The notes under the pieces were generated by a model, which saw only the letters and a list, made by a program, of their open reading frames with translations, ran no database searches and had not been told where the DNA came from. From Podarcis melisellensis (lineage: Eukaryota): a stretch of DNA of 64,000 bases. How positions within the stretch are numbered: the first letter of the stretch is position 1; every line of letters starts with the position of its first letter. Positions 61,101 to 64,000 of this stretch are shown here, in pieces. The stretch lies in assembly GCA_964234715.1 (NCBI GenBank), contig OZ174286.1; one strand, written 5' to 3'. Position numbers and translations under genes: made by a program.

Positions 61101-62330
61101 GGTTGCGCAGTTAGGCAGCAATCCTATACACCTAACCTGAGAATAAGCCCGATCGAACTCCATGGGGCCTGCAGAGGATTGCGATGTTGGTGGATTTACT
61201 TTGCATCGCTCGTGGAACCCTCTCCAAGCCTTGCCTTGTATTTATGTGTATTGAAAACATGTCCAATATATGGCGGCGTGGGCTGGGCTTACTTTGTAAA
61301 TACGGTAATTTGGAGTGGCGCTCACTGGATTGCTTTCTAAAAATAAGGAAACCGCACCCCAAAATCCTTCAGGGAGCAAAGGACCCGGCCTGTGCTCCAG
61401 TCTACGAGGCTTGCCAGGGTTCTGGCATCCCTTAACAGAGGAGATTTGTTGGGATCCAGTTTCACCCCAGATTTTGCGTCTTGGCCAGGCCTTGAGCTTG
61501 CACCTGTTAACTACGGCAGGGAGGGAGGCGTGCAGCCACATTGCTCACACCCCAGCCTTCTGGGGCCTTTTAGCCCGCAGTGGACTACAACTCCCATCGG
61601 TCCCTGCTGGGCCTGGCTGTGGCTGGTGGGAGTTGCGCGCGCATGGACATCAACAGGCGTCGCAACTCTGTCTCCTCCTTCCAAGCAGATTTTGGTCCTC
61701 TGTATGCATCTAGCCGGGTTATCTGTGGCAGTATCCCTCTCCCTTTTGCCAGTCTAAAGGTCAAACTGTACGCTTAATTTTCTCGGCTGGATTTCAGATC
61801 CCTTTCCCCCCTGTCGCCCCATCTCTGTCCCAGTCGCGTGGTGAACAGAGTTAAACCATTCGGCGAGGTGCACGCTCGTTCCGTAGAGGGCTCGGATCCG
61901 GCGAGTTAAAGCGAGGTCCAGCCGTCCAATTTTGTACAGTCAGAAGGACGCAGGTTGAATTTGTTAAAAGAACATCCCCCCGGTGCTGGTTTTCTTTAAA
62001 AAGTAAACAAACACTCGTTTTGGCTAACATTGAATTATCCACTCAGTCTCCTACCCCCCAAAGTTATTCTGACTGAACTAATCGACATGACACCTCGTTT
62101 CGCAAAAATCCAATTAATTAGAAAGAAAAGCAGAACGTTCTCGCCTCTCTTAAGCTCTTCCCCAACCTGCAGGAGTGGCGTCAAAAGGGTATTTTTTTGC
62201 TGTTGGCTAGTAATTTCAGCCCCTCTTTATCCAGGAGACGACACCTATTCACTTCCAAGTCCAATTCAAGGTGCTCGGCCCTATCTTTAAATGCCAAAGA
62301 ATATCCTTCAGAGCCGCATAGTATCCTTTA

Positions 62331-62467
62331 CAGGGGTGGAAAACCTGTGGTCCTACAGATGTTGCAGGAGTGCACAATCTCTGACGGTGGTCCATGCTCA
62401 CAGCTGGGGCTGATGAGATTTGGAATCCAGCCATATCTGGAGGAGAACCATGGGCTCCCCACTCTTG
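62331..62467. mobile_element. Degenerate hAT-Charlie-like MITE
   Basis: CAGGGGTGGAAAACC...GCTCCCCACTCTTG ends with internal palindromic arms. Confidence 0.55.
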
Positions 62468-62469
62468 TC

Positions 62470-62810
62470 AAAATCTCTGAGGCCCTTTTCCTTAATGGAG
62501 GCACTTTACACAGTAACAAAGGAAAGGGTCTTTTCTGTGGTGGCACCTTGACTTTGGAATGCCTTCCCAAGAGAGTTAACCAGTGGTGTTGCCGTAACAA
62601 TATTTTCAGCTTTTCATTTGCCCAGGCAGTTAAAATGGCTAAGTTAATTGTCATGGACGCCTCTCATGTTGCTAATGCATTGTGAACGTTGATGATGATG
62701 GTTTTGGATTTGTATATATGGCATGAGCAGGTTTATCCATGCCCCTTGTATACCGCCCTAGATGAAGGCTGGTCTAGAAATATTTTAAATAACTTAATAA
62801 TAAAATAAGA
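62470..62810 (+). mobile_element. L2 LINE 3' fragment
   Basis: RVFSVVAP*LWNALP remnant; L2-like 3' end with AAT-rich tail. Confidence 0.65.
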
Positions 62811-62957
62811 AAGTTGTTTGGTTGCTCACCAGAACACCACACCCCTGCCCAGTTCAGCTAAATATTTCGCTATGTGAATCAGCCTGTTTCTGTGACCTGA
62901 GTTATCTGACCAGGTATCATTGGAACTTTTGAGCGCACAAGAGGAGTTAAGGTCATA

Positions 62958-64000
62958 TTTTCTTTTTAAAAAATATATATTTTAATTAAATTTTATATAA
63001 CAAAATTCAGTTTAAACATATCAATCACCTTTACATTTAGGATTCTCAGAATCCCTTGACTTCCCCCTGCCCTTCTCTGGTTTCCATTGTCCATCTCTTT
63101 TTATTCAACTTATTCTTCCCCCCCACCCAAACTTATTGTATCTATTATTAACTTTTCCAGTATATTTTGTCTTTTACAAGTATTACTCTAATCCTGCCGA
63201 AGTTTTTAACTGTTTACAATGCTCTTTTAAATAGACTATAAATTTCCCCCCATTCTTTCCTAAACTTCTTTTCATCCTAGTCCCTTATTCTCCTGGTCAA
63301 TTTCGCCATTTCGGCATAGTCCATCATCTTCATCAGCCATTCTTCTCTGGTTGGAACTTTGTCTTCTTTCTATCTCTGGGCCAGTAGTATTCTTGCTGCT
63401 GTCATTGCATACATAGTCTTTTCTGCTCTTTCAGAATCCCTGTACCTATAATACCTAATAAAAAAGCCTCTGGTTTTCCACAAATGTTATTTTAATCATT
63501 TTTTCCAACTCATTATATATCATTTCCCAGAATGCTTTTGCTACCTTGCACGTCCACCACATGTGGTAGAAAGTGCCTTCTTTTTCTTTACATTTCCAAC
63601 ATACGTTAGAAGCAGTTCTATACATCTTTGCTAGTTTTAACATAGTTAAGTACCATCTATACATTATTTTCATATAATTTTATTTCAATGAGCAGCATGC
63701 CATCCAAATCTATTGTCATGACCTTCAAGGTCTAAAATACCTGTGCGTTTCAAAGTTATCCATTCCTTTAGCCAGCAGAGACAGGACACCTCATAATACA
63801 ATTTTAAATCTGGCAAAGAGAAGCCCCCTCTTTCTTTATCATCTGTTAATAATTTATATTTAATCCTTGGTTTCTTCCCTTGCCAGATAAATTTAGTTAT
63901 ATCTTTTTGCCGTTGCTTGAAGTGTCCCTCCCCACTGGCCGCAGGTATTGTCTGAAACAAAAACAATATTCTTGGCAATACATTCATCTTTATGACAGAA
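62958..64000 (-). mobile_element. L1-clade LINE ORF2 C-terminal part and 3' UTR, disrupted, continues beyond the window
   Basis: MNVLPRILFLFQTIP..FIWQGKKPRI..ERGGFSLPDLKLYY and CWKC..GTFYHMWWTC; frameshifts and an internal deletion near 63690. Confidence 0.9.

Overview
This is vertebrate genomic DNA, most likely from a lacertid lizard; the inference rests on its Sauria SINE and Squam3-type SINE content. The only protein-coding gene is engrailed homeobox 2 (EN2) on the minus strand: two coding exons (4411-3817 and 1037-721), one phase-1 GT-AG intron, 303 aa, with EH1-EH5 intact. The remaining ~59 kb is the upstream non-coding landscape, which by eye has three domains. (i) A CpG-retaining zone without recognisable SINEs or LINEs, ~0.7-19.8 kb, covers the gene and promoter. 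(ii) A CpG-depleted, transposon-rich zone, ~19.9-51.2 kb, holds CR1, L1, L2, RTE-X-like, SINE and hAT/Tc1 MITE copies, many with intact TSDs and some nested, interleaved with motif-dense enhancer-like blocks. (iii) A second CpG-rich zone with no credible gene, ~51.3-62.3 kb, is followed by an L1 remnant. I found no convincing new protein-coding system. The best leads are the twin CpG-rich domain architecture, about 20 copies of a short palindromic element concentrated in those domains, telomeric repeats in a MITE and near the domain edge, and possible translational-control elements in the EN2 UTRs. TE family names and enhancer calls come from pattern recognition, not database searches.
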